A stretch of DNA of 47,573 nt. Origin: Terriglobia bacterium. GTDB lineage: Bacteria > Acidobacteriota > Terriglobia > Versatilivoradales > Versatilivoraceae. The notes beneath the pieces were generated by a model. It had not been told where the DNA came from, searched no databases, and was given only the letters and a program-made list of their open reading frames with translations. The stretch covers positions 1 to 47,573 of the forward strand of contig DATKMG010000802.1 in assembly GCA_035541995.1 (NCBI GenBank). Direction: 5' to 3'. Within the stretch, counting starts at the first letter, position 1; each line of letters opens with the position of its first letter. Position numbers and translations under genes: made by a program. Shown piece by piece: positions 38,059 through 47,293 of this stretch.

Positions 38059-40347
38059 ATGGAATCAAGACTGACAAAATGGGGACAGGCAGCCACCATC
38101 GTGGTCCTGGTAGCTGTATCCATTGCGGTGATGCTGAGCTATTACCAGCGTACTCATCTATTCCCGCAAGGCGAACGAGGAGAGGGCAGAATCCTTCCCT
38201 CCAATGTAACCATGCACACGAAGGGATTTTATTACTCCCAATCCGAAAATGGTCAGGTGACCTTCGATGTCACGGCAGACGTTAACCTTGGATACAAGGA
38301 CAATAAAAACCTTCTGGAACAAGTCAAAGTCAGGGTCTTAGGCAAAAATGGAAACCGCTACGACACGATTACAAGCCAGCGCTGCGAATTCGACCAGGGA
38401 AGTCAGGACATCACTTTCTTGGGGGAAGTGGTTATTACTTTAGGCAGCTTAACCCCTGTACAGAATCTCTCTGTCATTAGACCGTCCGAAGAGACTGCAA
38501 CGATTCTGAAACTGGAACGAATCACTTACTCCCAAAATAAGAACTTGGCGGAGACCGACGACGTGGTTCATTTCTCCCGAGCTCGGATGCACGGAAGTTG
38601 CCGCGGTTTGGCTTACGACACACGGACCGGCTCAGTCTGGCTACGGTCGAACGTAGACATTACTGTTGATTCTGAAGAACCTGAGGATCCACCGATCCAG
38701 CTTAAGAGCAGTTCCCTGGACTATAGCAAGGAGTTAAACCTGGTCGAGATTCATTCCAATGTTTCCGTCACCAAGGCTTTGGACGAAGTCCGGGCGGACC
38801 TGATTAAAGTTTTCCTGGATAAAGTAGACTCCTCGGTACAGCGGATAGAAGCCAGCGGCCAGGTGCAATCTATCTTCAGAGATCCTCGTTATCTCCTCGA
38901 AATGGATGCACAGCAGGTATTCTACTACCTCAAGGGAGGTGGACGCTGGATCGACGGAATCGTGGCCCAGGACAATGTGAGAACCCACTCCCTGGACCCC
39001 TCGGTCAAGCGCAATCTCTCGGCACGGAACTTGGAAATTACCTTTGCACCTGAGACGAATATTGCTCAGAAGGTGAAGGCCTCCGGTGAGGTTCGCTGTG
39101 TTTTTGCCGACAGCAATGAGCGGCCTCCCGGTCCGTCCCCCTCCAATCTGGAAGGATTTGAGGCAGGTGACAAAGTGCTGGATTCCCCACTGGTTGTTGC
39201 TACCCTCAAGAGCGACGGGCGCCAAGTGTCGCGTGTTACCGCTCAAGGGCCCAGCGTTCTACGAGAGTTCCCACTGAGTCCGAAGGAAGAGAAGAAAAGG
39301 CTTTCAGCCAGGGCTATTGAATTCCTCTTTTCACCCGGAACAAACACGCTGGAAAAGCTTATCGCCAACAATCAGGTGAAGGTGGACCTCGTTCCAGAAA
39401 CCGGTAACGCCAAGAAAACCCTGAGCGATCACTTGGACGCAACCTTTAATCAGGAAACGCACCAGATCGATCAACTGGTGCAGTCTGGGAATTTCCACTA
39501 CTTCGAAGGCCAGCGGGAAGCCACAGCTGACCAGGCCCACTATTCCACGGCCGAGGATACGGCCGTGCTGGATGGCCATGCCCAGTTTCATGACACTCAG
39601 GGAAGAACGGTGGCCGACTTGATCGAACTCCACAAGCAAGAGGACCTGGTCACAGCCCGCGGATCGGTTCGCTCCGTCATGGTCTCCATGGAATCTCCAA
39701 CTCAAGCCGGCTTGTTCAAGACCAGTTCTCCCGTCTTTGCGTCTTCCGATTTCATGGAAAGTCACACCCGGAGCGGCATTGCCAAGTATTGGGGCAAGGC
39801 CAAGCTGTGGCAGGAAGACCAGGTTGTTCGTGCGCAAACCATCACGCTCTTTCGGGACGAAAGGAAAATGGTCGCGGAAACCGATGTCCACACGGTCTTT
39901 CACCTGAAACCCCAGCCCCAGCATGGCCAACGTCAGTCGAATTCAGGTCCCGTGATGACCGAGGCTGCTCAGCTCGTTTATGAAGACAACCTGCAGCGAG
40001 CCCGGTTCGAGACCCGCGTGAAGGTGATCAGCTCAATGGGTCAGATGACTGCTGACCAGGCTGATCTTTTCCTGAGCAAGGAGGGGGACCAGACCACGAT
40101 CTCGCGCATGTTAGCCCAGGGAAACGTCAAGATTCAGCAGGAAGGACGCAGGTCCTTCTCCAACACTGCCGAATATTTTGCTGCGGACGGCATGGTGGTT
40201 TTGACGGGCGGACTGCCCAGAATCATAGATCCAGTGCGGGGTTTCAGCTCCGGCCCTCGGTTGACAATGCATCTGAATGATGATAGGATTGCGGTCGAAG
40301 GCGATTCCGAGATGCGCACCATCACGAGGCAGAACGTCGCACGTTAG
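38059..40347 (+). CDS. Membrane-anchored LptC/LptA (OstA)-like repeat protein
   Basis: An N-terminal TM anchor precedes about 730 aa of beta-rich repeats with recurring D/A-x-YxxxxxxAxLxGxV-like OstA elements (ADQAHYSTAEDTAVLDGHAQF; NTAEYFAADGMVVLTGG). The gene lies directly upstream of lptB. Confidence 0.62.
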   Translation: MESRLTKWGQAATIVVLVAVSIAVMLSYYQRTHLFPQGERGEGRILPSNVTMHTKGFYYSQSENGQVTFDVTADVNLGYKDNKNLLEQVKVRVLGKNGNRYDTITSQRCEFDQGSQDITFLGEVVITLGSLTPVQNLSVIRPSEETATILKLERITYSQNKNLAETDDVVHFSRARMHGSCRGLAYDTRTGSVWLRSNVDITVDSEEPEDPPIQLKSSSLDYSKELNLVEIHSNVSVTKALDEVRADLIKVFLDKVDSSVQRIEASGQVQSIFRDPRYLLEMDAQQVFYYLKGGGRWIDGIVAQDNVRTHSLDPSVKRNLSARNLEITFAPETNIAQKVKASGEVRCVFADSNERPPGPSPSNLEGFEAGDKVLDSPLVVATLKSDGRQVSRVTAQGPSVLREFPLSPKEEKKRLSARAIEFLFSPGTNTLEKLIANNQVKVDLVPETGNAKKTLSDHLDATFNQETHQIDQLVQSGNFHYFEGQREATADQAHYSTAEDTAVLDGHAQFHDTQGRTVADLIELHKQEDLVTARGSVRSVMVSMESPTQAGLFKTSSPVFASSDFMESHTRSGIAKYWGKAKLWQEDQVVRAQTITLFRDERKMVAETDVHTVFHLKPQPQHGQRQSNSGPVMTEAAQLVYEDNLQRARFETRVKVISSMGQMTADQADLFLSKEGDQTTISRMLAQGNVKIQQEGRRSFSNTAEYFAADGMVVLTGGLPRIIDPVRGFSSGPRLTMHLNDDRIAVEGDSEMRTITRQNVAR

Positions 40348-40353
40348 GCGCTG

Positions 40354-41079
40354 ATGCAGATCTTGAAAACTGAAAACCTGGTGAAGTCCTTCAAAGGACG
40401 CCGGGTGGTGAATGATGTCTCGCTCGGAATCAAGCAGGGTGAAGTGGTGGGGCTGCTGGGTCCGAACGGCGCCGGCAAAACTACGACTTTTTACATCATC
40501 GTGGGATTGGCTGCTCCTGACACGGGTCAGGTGTTTCTTGATGGCCGGGAGATCACTCACCTGCCGATGTTTCTGAGGGCGAGAAGCGGAATCAGCTATC
40601 TTCCCCAGGAACCCTCGGTGTTTCGGAAGTTGTCGGTGGAGGAGAATGTTCTGGCGATCTTGGAAACTCTTCCCCTGAATGGCAAGCAGAGGAGAGAGCG
40701 GCTGGATGAACTGATCGAGGAATTGGGCCTCAGCCATGTTCGGAAGAACCAGGGCTACATGCTGTCTGGAGGGGAGAGACGCCGCGTGGAAATCGCTCGA
40801 TCTCTGGTCATTTCCCCTTTCTTCATTCTGCTCGATGAACCATTTGCCGGCATCGATCCGATTGCTGTCCTGGACATACAGAGGATCATTAACCACCTGA
40901 AGTCCAAACAAATCGGAATCCTCATCACCGATCACAACGTTCGGGAGACACTGAAAGTGACCGATCGGGCATACATCATTAACGAAGGCAAAATCTTTCG
41001 CTCCGGCACTCCCGGAGAATTAGCTTCCGACGAGCAGGTCAAACGACTTTACCTAGGCGAAGGTTTTCGATTAGATTAA
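40354..41079 (+). CDS. lptB: LPS export ABC transporter ATP-binding protein
   Basis: Walker [10 protein letters not shown], signature LSGGERRR, Walker [13 protein letters not shown], and the position upstream of rpoN all support the call. Confidence 0.93.
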   Translation: MQILKTENLVKSFKGRRVVNDVSLGIKQGEVVGLLGPNGAGKTTTFYIIVGLAAPDTGQVFLDGREITHLPMFLRARSGISYLPQEPSVFRKLSVEENVLAILETLPLNGKQRRERLDELIEELGLSHVRKNQGYMLSGGERRRVEIARSLVISPFFILLDEPFAGIDPIAVLDIQRIINHLKSKQIGILITDHNVRETLKVTDRAYIINEGKIFRSGTPGELASDEQVKRLYLGEGFRLD

Positions 41080-41085
41080 CCAACC

Positions 41086-42585
41086 ATGGCTTTCCTGGAG
41101 CAGAAACTTAACGTCAAGCTCGCCCAGAAGCAAATTCTGACGCCGGGACTCGTGCAGATGGTTACGGTCCTGGCCTTGAACAAGCTGGAATTGACGGAAA
41201 TGATTTCCCAGGAACTCATGGAGAATCCGGTACTCGAGGAGGAAGCCGAAGCAACTCCTGGAACCGAAGAGGTGCAGGTCAAAGAGGAGCGGGCCACTGA
41301 TCCTGCTGATAAAGAGGTCATTGCCGTTGCCACCTCCACCGAGGGCCCGCCCGCGGATCCCTTCGAGGAAATTGATTATGGTTCTTTTTTTGACGATTAC
41401 CTGGACCCAGGCTTTCGGACCCAGATGCCTTCCGAAATCGTCGAAAAGCCTTCCTTCGAGAATTTTCTAGCCAAACCCACAACGCTTTACGATCATCTGC
41501 AGTGGCAGTTAAGCTTGTCGGTCCTGGAGCCTGCCATCGCAGATGCCGGCTATTCGATTATTGGAAATCTTAACGAGGATGGCTACCTTACGGCCACACT
41601 GGAAGAAATTGCCAGCACGGGGGAGCACAAAATCGAGGATGTGACTGCGGCTCTTCAGGTCATTCAAAGTTTCGACCCGGCGGGAGTGGGAGCTCGTGAC
41701 CTTGCGGAATGCCTGTTAATCCAGCTGGCCCATGTTGGGGAAGAGAATTCGGTGGCTGCGCAAATTGTTCGCCAGAATCTCAAACAGCTGCAAAACCAGC
41801 AGTACCAGGAAATCGCAAGGGCCCTGGGACGGCCGTTGAGCCTGATTCTGGCCCAGGTGAAAGTGATCAGGCATCTGGATCCGCGCCCCGGTCAGCGATA
41901 CAACAAAACCGAGAACCGATTGATTGAGCCTGACGTCTTTTTTGTCAAAGTCGATGACGGCTATTCCGTGGCTCTCAATGAAGATGACATACCCCAGTTG
42001 CGGCTGAGTCCCACCTACAAGAAGATGATCGAACAGGACGGCTCATCCAAGGAAGTGCGGGACTACGTAAAGGAGCGGTATTCCTCGGCCATTCAGTTCA
42101 TCAAGAACATTGAGCAGCGCAAGCAGACAATCCTTCGGGTTTGCGAGGCTATCGTTCGGCGACAAGTGGAATTTCTGGATAAGGGGATTGATTATTTGCG
42201 TCCGATGATGATTAAGGATGTCGCTGAGGAGGTAGGTGTGCATCCCTCCACGGTTAGCCGTGCTGTTGCCAATAAGTACGCACATACCCCGCACGGAGTC
42301 TACGAGCTCCGTTTTTTCTTCTCCGAAGCAGTACAAGGACCAGCCGGAACTGGCATTCCTCTCATTACGGCCAAACGCAAAGTGAAGAAACTGATCGAAG
42401 AGGAAGACCACTCCAGACCTCTCACTGACGAGCAGATTACCAAAATCCTAAATGATGAGGGCATTATGGTCACGCGGAGGACTGTCGCCAAGTACCGGGA
42501 AGATTTGAAAATCCCCAGTACTCACCAGCGTAGAGTTAAGATCAAGACCTCGGACCTCTTGTCACTCGATCGCCCAAATCAGTGA
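41086..42585 (+). CDS. rpoN: RNA polymerase sigma-54 factor
   Basis: The glutamine/leucine-rich region I and the RpoN box ARRTVAKYRE-like (TRRTVAKYREDL) with an HTH are present. Confidence 0.95.
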   Translation: MAFLEQKLNVKLAQKQILTPGLVQMVTVLALNKLELTEMISQELMENPVLEEEAEATPGTEEVQVKEERATDPADKEVIAVATSTEGPPADPFEEIDYGSFFDDYLDPGFRTQMPSEIVEKPSFENFLAKPTTLYDHLQWQLSLSVLEPAIADAGYSIIGNLNEDGYLTATLEEIASTGEHKIEDVTAALQVIQSFDPAGVGARDLAECLLIQLAHVGEENSVAAQIVRQNLKQLQNQQYQEIARALGRPLSLILAQVKVIRHLDPRPGQRYNKTENRLIEPDVFFVKVDDGYSVALNEDDIPQLRLSPTYKKMIEQDGSSKEVRDYVKERYSSAIQFIKNIEQRKQTILRVCEAIVRRQVEFLDKGIDYLRPMMIKDVAEEVGVHPSTVSRAVANKYAHTPHGVYELRFFFSEAVQGPAGTGIPLITAKRKVKKLIEEEDHSRPLTDEQITKILNDEGIMVTRRTVAKYREDLKIPSTHQRRVKIKTSDLLSLDRPNQ

Positions 42586-42694
42586 AAATCCGGAATCATG
42601 TGTCACTTCTCCCTGGCGGGGCCTCTCTGCCGGAGGAAGGAGAGCATCACAGTTCATTCGGAACGCGAGCGTCAAATCTCTCAGGGAGGCTAAC

Positions 42695-43231
42695 ATGCAA
42701 GTTGAATACACGGGCAGGCAAGTCGAGATCACCCTGGCCATCAAGGAATTCACGGAAAACCACTTGCGCAAGATTCGGAAAATCCTGGGCGAGGCCATCG
42801 ACGTTCATGTGATTCTGACTGTAGAGAAGTACCGACATATTGCGGAGATTAATCTCAAGTCGAGATCCTTCAAATTCAACGGGCTGGAAGAGACCCATGA
42901 CATGTATTCCTCGATCAATGCCGTCCTGGAAAAAATAGAGCGGCAAGCGCTCAAACACAAAGGGAAGAAGATCGCCAAGAAGCGGAAACCTGGCACCAGC
43001 CCGGTTGCAGCTGCCCCCGGGGAGGTGAGCCAGCCCGCCACGGTCATTCCGGGCACTCCCCGCGTGATACGGTCGCAATCTGTTTCCCCTAAACCGATGA
43101 CGGTTGAAGAGGCCGTAGAAGAGGTCTCTCAGTCCAAGGGCGAGTTTCTGGTCTTTCGAGATTCCGAGTCGGAACGGGTCAGCATCCTCTATCGACGCAA
43201 AGATGGCAATTTTGGATTAATCGAGTCGTGA
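42695..43231 (+). CDS. hpf: Ribosome hibernation promoting factor (long HPF)
   Basis: An S30AE N-domain and a C-terminal dimerisation domain (KPMTVEEAVEEV...FLVFRDSESERVSILYRRKDGNFGLIE) are present. Confidence 0.9.
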   Translation: MQVEYTGRQVEITLAIKEFTENHLRKIRKILGEAIDVHVILTVEKYRHIAEINLKSRSFKFNGLEETHDMYSSINAVLEKIERQALKHKGKKIAKKRKPGTSPVAAAPGEVSQPATVIPGTPRVIRSQSVSPKPMTVEEAVEEVSQSKGEFLVFRDSESERVSILYRRKDGNFGLIES

Positions 43232-44172
43232 GACATTTCAGCTCCAAACGGTCCGGCAGGCCGCCGTTCGTGATTATCACCGGCTTGAGCGGATCTGGGA
43301 AAGGCACGGTCTTAAAGGCCTTTGAAGATATGGGCTACTTCTGCGTTGACAATCTCCCGGTCGACCTGATCCTCAAGTTCGCGGAGCTCTGCAGTCGGGC
43401 GGGAGCAGACATCAAACGCGCGGCCATTGTGGTCGATGTCAGAGAAGGAGCCGAGTTCTCAAAACTCCCCAGGGTCGTCCGCAAATTGAAGAAATCCGGA
43501 TTGGGCGTTTGCCTTGTTTATCTGGAGGCGTCGGATGAGTCCTTGATCCGGCGGTACAGTGAAACACGCCGCCCGCATCCCTTGACTCACGATAGACCTA
43601 TTGGGGTTGCCTTGCGGGAAGAACGGGAACGTCTGGCTTCCATTCAGCAACTAGCCGATACGGTCATCGATACGACCCGATTCAACGTCCATGAATTGCG
43701 GCGCTACATTGCCGACAAGTTTCACACCGAATCCTTCAACGAGCCGCTGTTGATTTCTATCATCAGCTTTGGTTTCAAGTTCGGGATCCCTCTGGAGGCG
43801 GACCTGGTTTTCGATGTCCGTTTTCTTCCGAACCCGAATTTCGTGAAAACCCTGAAGGACCGCACCGGGCAGGACAAAGAGGTCGTCGCCTATATCAAGT
43901 CCTTTCCGCAGACCCACGAGTTCCTCAAGCGCCTTTCCGACCTCCTGCTGTTCTTGGTTCCAAACTACATGATAGAAGGGAAAAGTTACCTGTCGATTGC
44001 CGTGGGATGCACGGGTGGGCGACACCGTTCGGTAATGATCGGCAATGAAATTCACAGGCTGATGGCCGCTCACGGCTATAAGGCCAAGGTTCTTCATCGA
44101 GAGCTCAAGACAAGGGTAGCACCCGCCGTGCGAACCTACCCCTCTGTTGCCATTGGTAGTCCTCCATCGTGA
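43228..44172 (+). CDS. rapZ: RNase adapter protein RapZ (YvcJ/YhbJ P-loop NTPase)
   Basis: The P-loop is ITGLSGSGKG, followed by FDVRFLPNPNF and GCTGGRHRSV. The GTG start overlaps the hpf stop (GTGA). Confidence 0.9.
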   Translation: MRHFSSKRSGRPPFVIITGLSGSGKGTVLKAFEDMGYFCVDNLPVDLILKFAELCSRAGADIKRAAIVVDVREGAEFSKLPRVVRKLKKSGLGVCLVYLEASDESLIRRYSETRRPHPLTHDRPIGVALREERERLASIQQLADTVIDTTRFNVHELRRYIADKFHTESFNEPLLISIISFGFKFGIPLEADLVFDVRFLPNPNFVKTLKDRTGQDKEVVAYIKSFPQTHEFLKRLSDLLLFLVPNYMIEGKSYLSIAVGCTGGRHRSVMIGNEIHRLMAAHGYKAKVLHRELKTRVAPAVRTYPSVAIGSPPS

Positions 44173-44194
44173 AGTACGGATCGGATTCCCTCAA

Positions 44195-44749
44195 TCAGCC
44201 AGGTTCTGCCATTAGTCGACGCAGGTAAGACAACATTTCTGAATCCATCCAATTGGTTGAGCCAATTACTTTGAAAGCAACCTTCCCCTTCTTGTCGATG
44301 ATGTAGGTTTCGGGGAACTTGTGGGTGCCATAGAGCGTGGAGATCTTACGGTCAAAATCAGCGTAGACGGGCAAAGTGAAGTGATTCTCCGACATAAAAC
44401 GGTTGACCTCATCCCAGGATTGATCGACGCTGAAGGCCAGGATGGCTAACTGATCAAAGCCCGGCACTTGATGGAGATCGTTCATGGACGGCATTTCCTC
44501 TCGACAGGGTGCGCACCAGGTAGCCCAGAAGTTGACCAGGACCACCCGGCCCCGAAAATCCCTGAGAGACGCAACTCTGCCTGACGACGAAGAAAAGCTG
44601 AAGTCCGGCGCCATTTGATCCTCCAGGACCGGTCCTGTGGTCTCCGGGGATTTCAAGACACTGCAGCCCCCAACGGTCAATGACAAGAGCACGAGCGCCA
44701 GTACTTGAAGGGGGCACTTCATAGCGTCCAAATCGTAAATCATACCCAA
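44195..44749 (-). CDS. TlpA/ResA-like thiol-disulfide oxidoreductase (lipoprotein)
   Basis: The thioredoxin motif WATWCAPC and the lipobox-like LTVGGC are present. Confidence 0.85.
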   Translation of the reverse strand: MGMIYDLDAMKCPLQVLALVLLSLTVGGCSVLKSPETTGPVLEDQMAPDFSFSSSSGRVASLRDFRGRVVLVNFWATWCAPCREEMPSMNDLHQVPGFDQLAILAFSVDQSWDEVNRFMSENHFTLPVYADFDRKISTLYGTHKFPETYIIDKKGKVAFKVIGSTNWMDSEMLSYLRRLMAEPG

Positions 44750-44814
44750 TCTCTCAATCCAGATCGTCGAGGTCTAAGAGTGCGGTGACAGACCGATGCG
44801 CGGACAACAAGCAG

Positions 44815-45426
44815 TCAGACCTTGGAGAGAAGATGTCCTAGTTTTTCTTTTTTGGTCTTCAGATAGTGGCGGCTAGAGCGGCGGGGAGGCACTTCAATAG
44901 ATACCATTCGAACGACCCGAATGCCGGCCCGCTCAAGAGCCTTCATCTTATCAGGGTTATTGGAGAGTAGGCTAATCCGTAGGAAACCGAGGTCCTTTAG
45001 GATCTCTGCACAAGCCGAATAGTCCCTTTCATCATCGGCAAAACCCAGCCTCCGATTGGCCTCAACTGTATCGGCGCCTTGGTCCTGAAGTTCATATGCT
45101 CGAAGCTTATTCAGAATCCCGATGCCACGTCCCTCTTCCGGATGGTAGATGAGTGCACCGTTGCCGGCGCGCTGAATGGCACGCAGGGCCATTTTCAATT
45201 GGTCACCACAATCACAGCGAAGGGAAGAAAACACATCCCCAGTCAGACACTGGGAATGGATCCGAACTAAAGGAGCCGATGGCAATTCGGAAGTTACCTT
45301 CAATAAAACCACGTAAGCCCGTCGCTGGCTTCGAATCGCGGCTTCATAACCAATGATTTGAAAACGCCCCAGCCTTGTCGGCAAAACCGAAGTAGTCACC
45401 CTTTTTATTCGGACACCCGATCTCAT
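44815..45426 (-). CDS. ribA: GTP cyclohydrolase II
   Basis: The zinc site is RIHSQCLTGDVFSSLRCDCGDQL, followed by EGRGIGILNKL. Confidence 0.88.
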   Translation of the reverse strand: MRSGVRIKRVTTSVLPTRLGRFQIIGYEAAIRSQRRAYVVLLKVTSELPSAPLVRIHSQCLTGDVFSSLRCDCGDQLKMALRAIQRAGNGALIYHPEEGRGIGILNKLRAYELQDQGADTVEANRRLGFADDERDYSACAEILKDLGFLRISLLSNNPDKMKALERAGIRVVRMVSIEVPPRRSSRHYLKTKKEKLGHLLSKV

Positions 45427-45671
45427 ACCGGAACCAGCCTCTTAAAGGGTGGAGCCATTACCTTGCAGAACCCCGACCCAATCCGCAAATTCACCATGCT
45501 ACCGGATAGGACAAAGAATTGTCAATCCTGGTTGGCGCTGCGGGGCGCAAACAAAATAACGTGCAGAAACGCAGCATCGGGACTCTGATCGAAGCTATTA
45601 TGCTCATGCTCGTTGACCTTCTTCCTTAGTTTCTGGTAAAAGGGAGGACGGAAGAAAGGGGAACAAGCGCT

Positions 45672-45995
45672 ATGGCGTATTCATATGAGGAACTGAAGAA
45701 GAAAACCGTTGCTGAGCTCAGGGACATTGCTGCCGGCATTCAACACGACGCAGTCCAAGGACACACCCAGATGCATAAAGCCGACCTATTGGTAGCCCTC
45801 TGTAAGGCACTGAACCTCGACATGCACGAGCACCACGTGGCTAAGGTCGCTGAGAAAGCGGCTATCAAGGCTCAGATCCGACAGGTCAAGAAGAAGCGTG
45901 ACGAGGTGCTGGCGGCTCATAATCACACTCAGTTGAAGCAGGTCCGGCGAGAAATCCACCGCCTGAAGAGGCAACTCCGCAAAGCAATCGCTTAG
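45672..45995 (+). CDS. Small basic protein with a Rho_N/SAP-like N-terminal helix-extended-helix motif
   Basis: YEELKKKTVAELRDIAAGI resembles the Rho N-terminal domain, and the C-terminal helix is lysine/arginine-rich. Confidence 0.5.
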   Translation: MAYSYEELKKKTVAELRDIAAGIQHDAVQGHTQMHKADLLVALCKALNLDMHEHHVAKVAEKAAIKAQIRQVKKKRDEVLAAHNHTQLKQVRREIHRLKRQLRKAIA

Positions 45996-46142
45996 CTCGG
46001 ACTCAGCGGAATCAAAGGGAAACCCAGGCAGCAGACAGCATTGTGTCCCGAACTCCCTTTGGCTGACCCCTGCCCGCATTAATCTCTTATTCGTGGCCTC
46101 AGGTTTCCTGGCGTTAATGGTTGTCGATCGAGGAGAGTCGAT

Positions 46143-47063
46143 ATGCGTAATGTAGTCATTATAGGTTCCGGCCCAGCTGGCTATACGGCGGCCATTTACT
46201 CAGCTCGCGCTAATTTGAACCCGCTGCTGATTGCCGGCCTCGAAGTGGGGGGGCAACTATCCACCACGACAATAGTCGAGAACTTTCCAGGATTCCCCGA
46301 AGGGATTATGGGTCCGGACCTTATGGAGGCAATGAGAAAGCAGGCGGTACGCTTTGGCGGTGAAGTACTTCAAGCTTATGTTTCAAAGGTGGACTGTTCC
46401 AGAAGACCGTTCCTGATTTCCACCGATGACCAGGAAATCGAGGCCAAGACGCTGATTATCTGTTCTGGTGCATCAGCCAGACTGTTGGGTTTGGAATCGG
46501 AAAAAAAGTTGATTGGCTACGGCGTATCTACTTGTGCCACCTGTGACGGTTACTTTTTCCGTGGCAAAGAGATCATTGTAGTTGGTGGTGGCGACTCGGC
46601 TATTGAAGACGCTATTTTCCTCACTCGATTTGCAGGCAAGGTGAGTGTTGTCCACAGGCGAAACCACCTGCGGGCCTCGAAGATCATGCAGGACAAGGCA
46701 TTTTCCAATCCTAAGATTCAGTTCATTTGGGATGCGGTCGTCGAAGAGGTCTATGATGTTGGAGCCAGAACAGTCAGGGGAGTGAAGCTCCGTAACCTGA
46801 AAACAGGTGAAGTTCATGATTTCCCCTGTGACGGGGTATTTGTAGCCATAGGCCATACCCCGAACACTGCTATCTTCGAAGGACAACTTGAGATGGATCC
46901 CAACGGATACATCCTCACTCACGACGGTTGCAAGACTAATATTCCGGGCGTATTTGCTGCAGGGGATGTCCAGGATTCCGTCTACCGGCAGGCCATCTCA
47001 GCCGCCGGCAGTGGCTGCATGGCAGCCATAGACGCAGAGCGGTATCTGGAACACCATGGATGA
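46143..47063 (+). CDS. trxB: Thioredoxin-disulfide reductase
   Basis: FAD motif GSGPAGYTAA, redox centre CATCDG, NADPH motif GGGDSA, and GDV near the C-terminus are present. Confidence 0.95.
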   Translation: MRNVVIIGSGPAGYTAAIYSARANLNPLLIAGLEVGGQLSTTTIVENFPGFPEGIMGPDLMEAMRKQAVRFGGEVLQAYVSKVDCSRRPFLISTDDQEIEAKTLIICSGASARLLGLESEKKLIGYGVSTCATCDGYFFRGKEIIVVGGGDSAIEDAIFLTRFAGKVSVVHRRNHLRASKIMQDKAFSNPKIQFIWDAVVEEVYDVGARTVRGVKLRNLKTGEVHDFPCDGVFVAIGHTPNTAIFEGQLEMDPNGYILTHDGCKTNIPGVFAAGDVQDSVYRQAISAAGSGCMAAIDAERYLEHHG

Positions 47064-47068
47064 AATCC

Positions 47069-47101
47069 ATTTTCGATTTCCGATTTGCGATTGCCGATTG
47101 G
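47069..47101. repeat. Tandem CGATTNN heptamers (left arm of an inverted repeat)
   Basis: CGATTTC CGATTTG CGATTGC CGATTGG lies at 47074-47101. The segment 47069-47082 (ATTTTCGATTTCCG) is complementary to 47277-47290 at 13 of 14 positions. Confidence 0.65.
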
Positions 47102-47265
47102 CAGTCCAGGAAAGAATCTGAGTCCTGATTCGTTACCTCGAAGATTTAACGCGGCGTGTGGCCCAAACCAAGAACATGACGCAAAGATGCGAAAGCGCGG
47201 GGAAGAATTCCGACCTTAGCGGGTTGCCAATGAACGATGAATTGAAGGTAGGATTCTGAAATCTA

Positions 47266-47292
47266 AAATCGCCATTCGGAAATCGGAAATTC
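47266..47292. repeat. Inverted copy of the CGATTNN heptamer array (right arm)
   Basis: The minus strand reads GAATTTC CGATTTC CGAATGG CGATTT. The array ends 2 nt before the mutT-like ATG. Confidence 0.65.
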
Positions 47293-47293
47293 A

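Noticed and set aside
40111-40935. A 274 aa ORF on the minus strand.
   Set aside because: It lies antisense to lptB, whose Walker A, signature and Walker B motifs are unambiguous, and to the end of the LptC/A-like gene. Its product is low-complexity with no recognisable motifs.
45427-45671. A possible FMN (RFN) riboswitch upstream of ribA on the minus strand.
   Set aside because: I read the minus strand for the conserved RFN cores (GGGTGAAATTCCC...CCGGCGGT and GGTGAAATTCC...CCGACAGT...AGTCTGGATG). Only an isolated GGTGAATTT was found, so there is no support.
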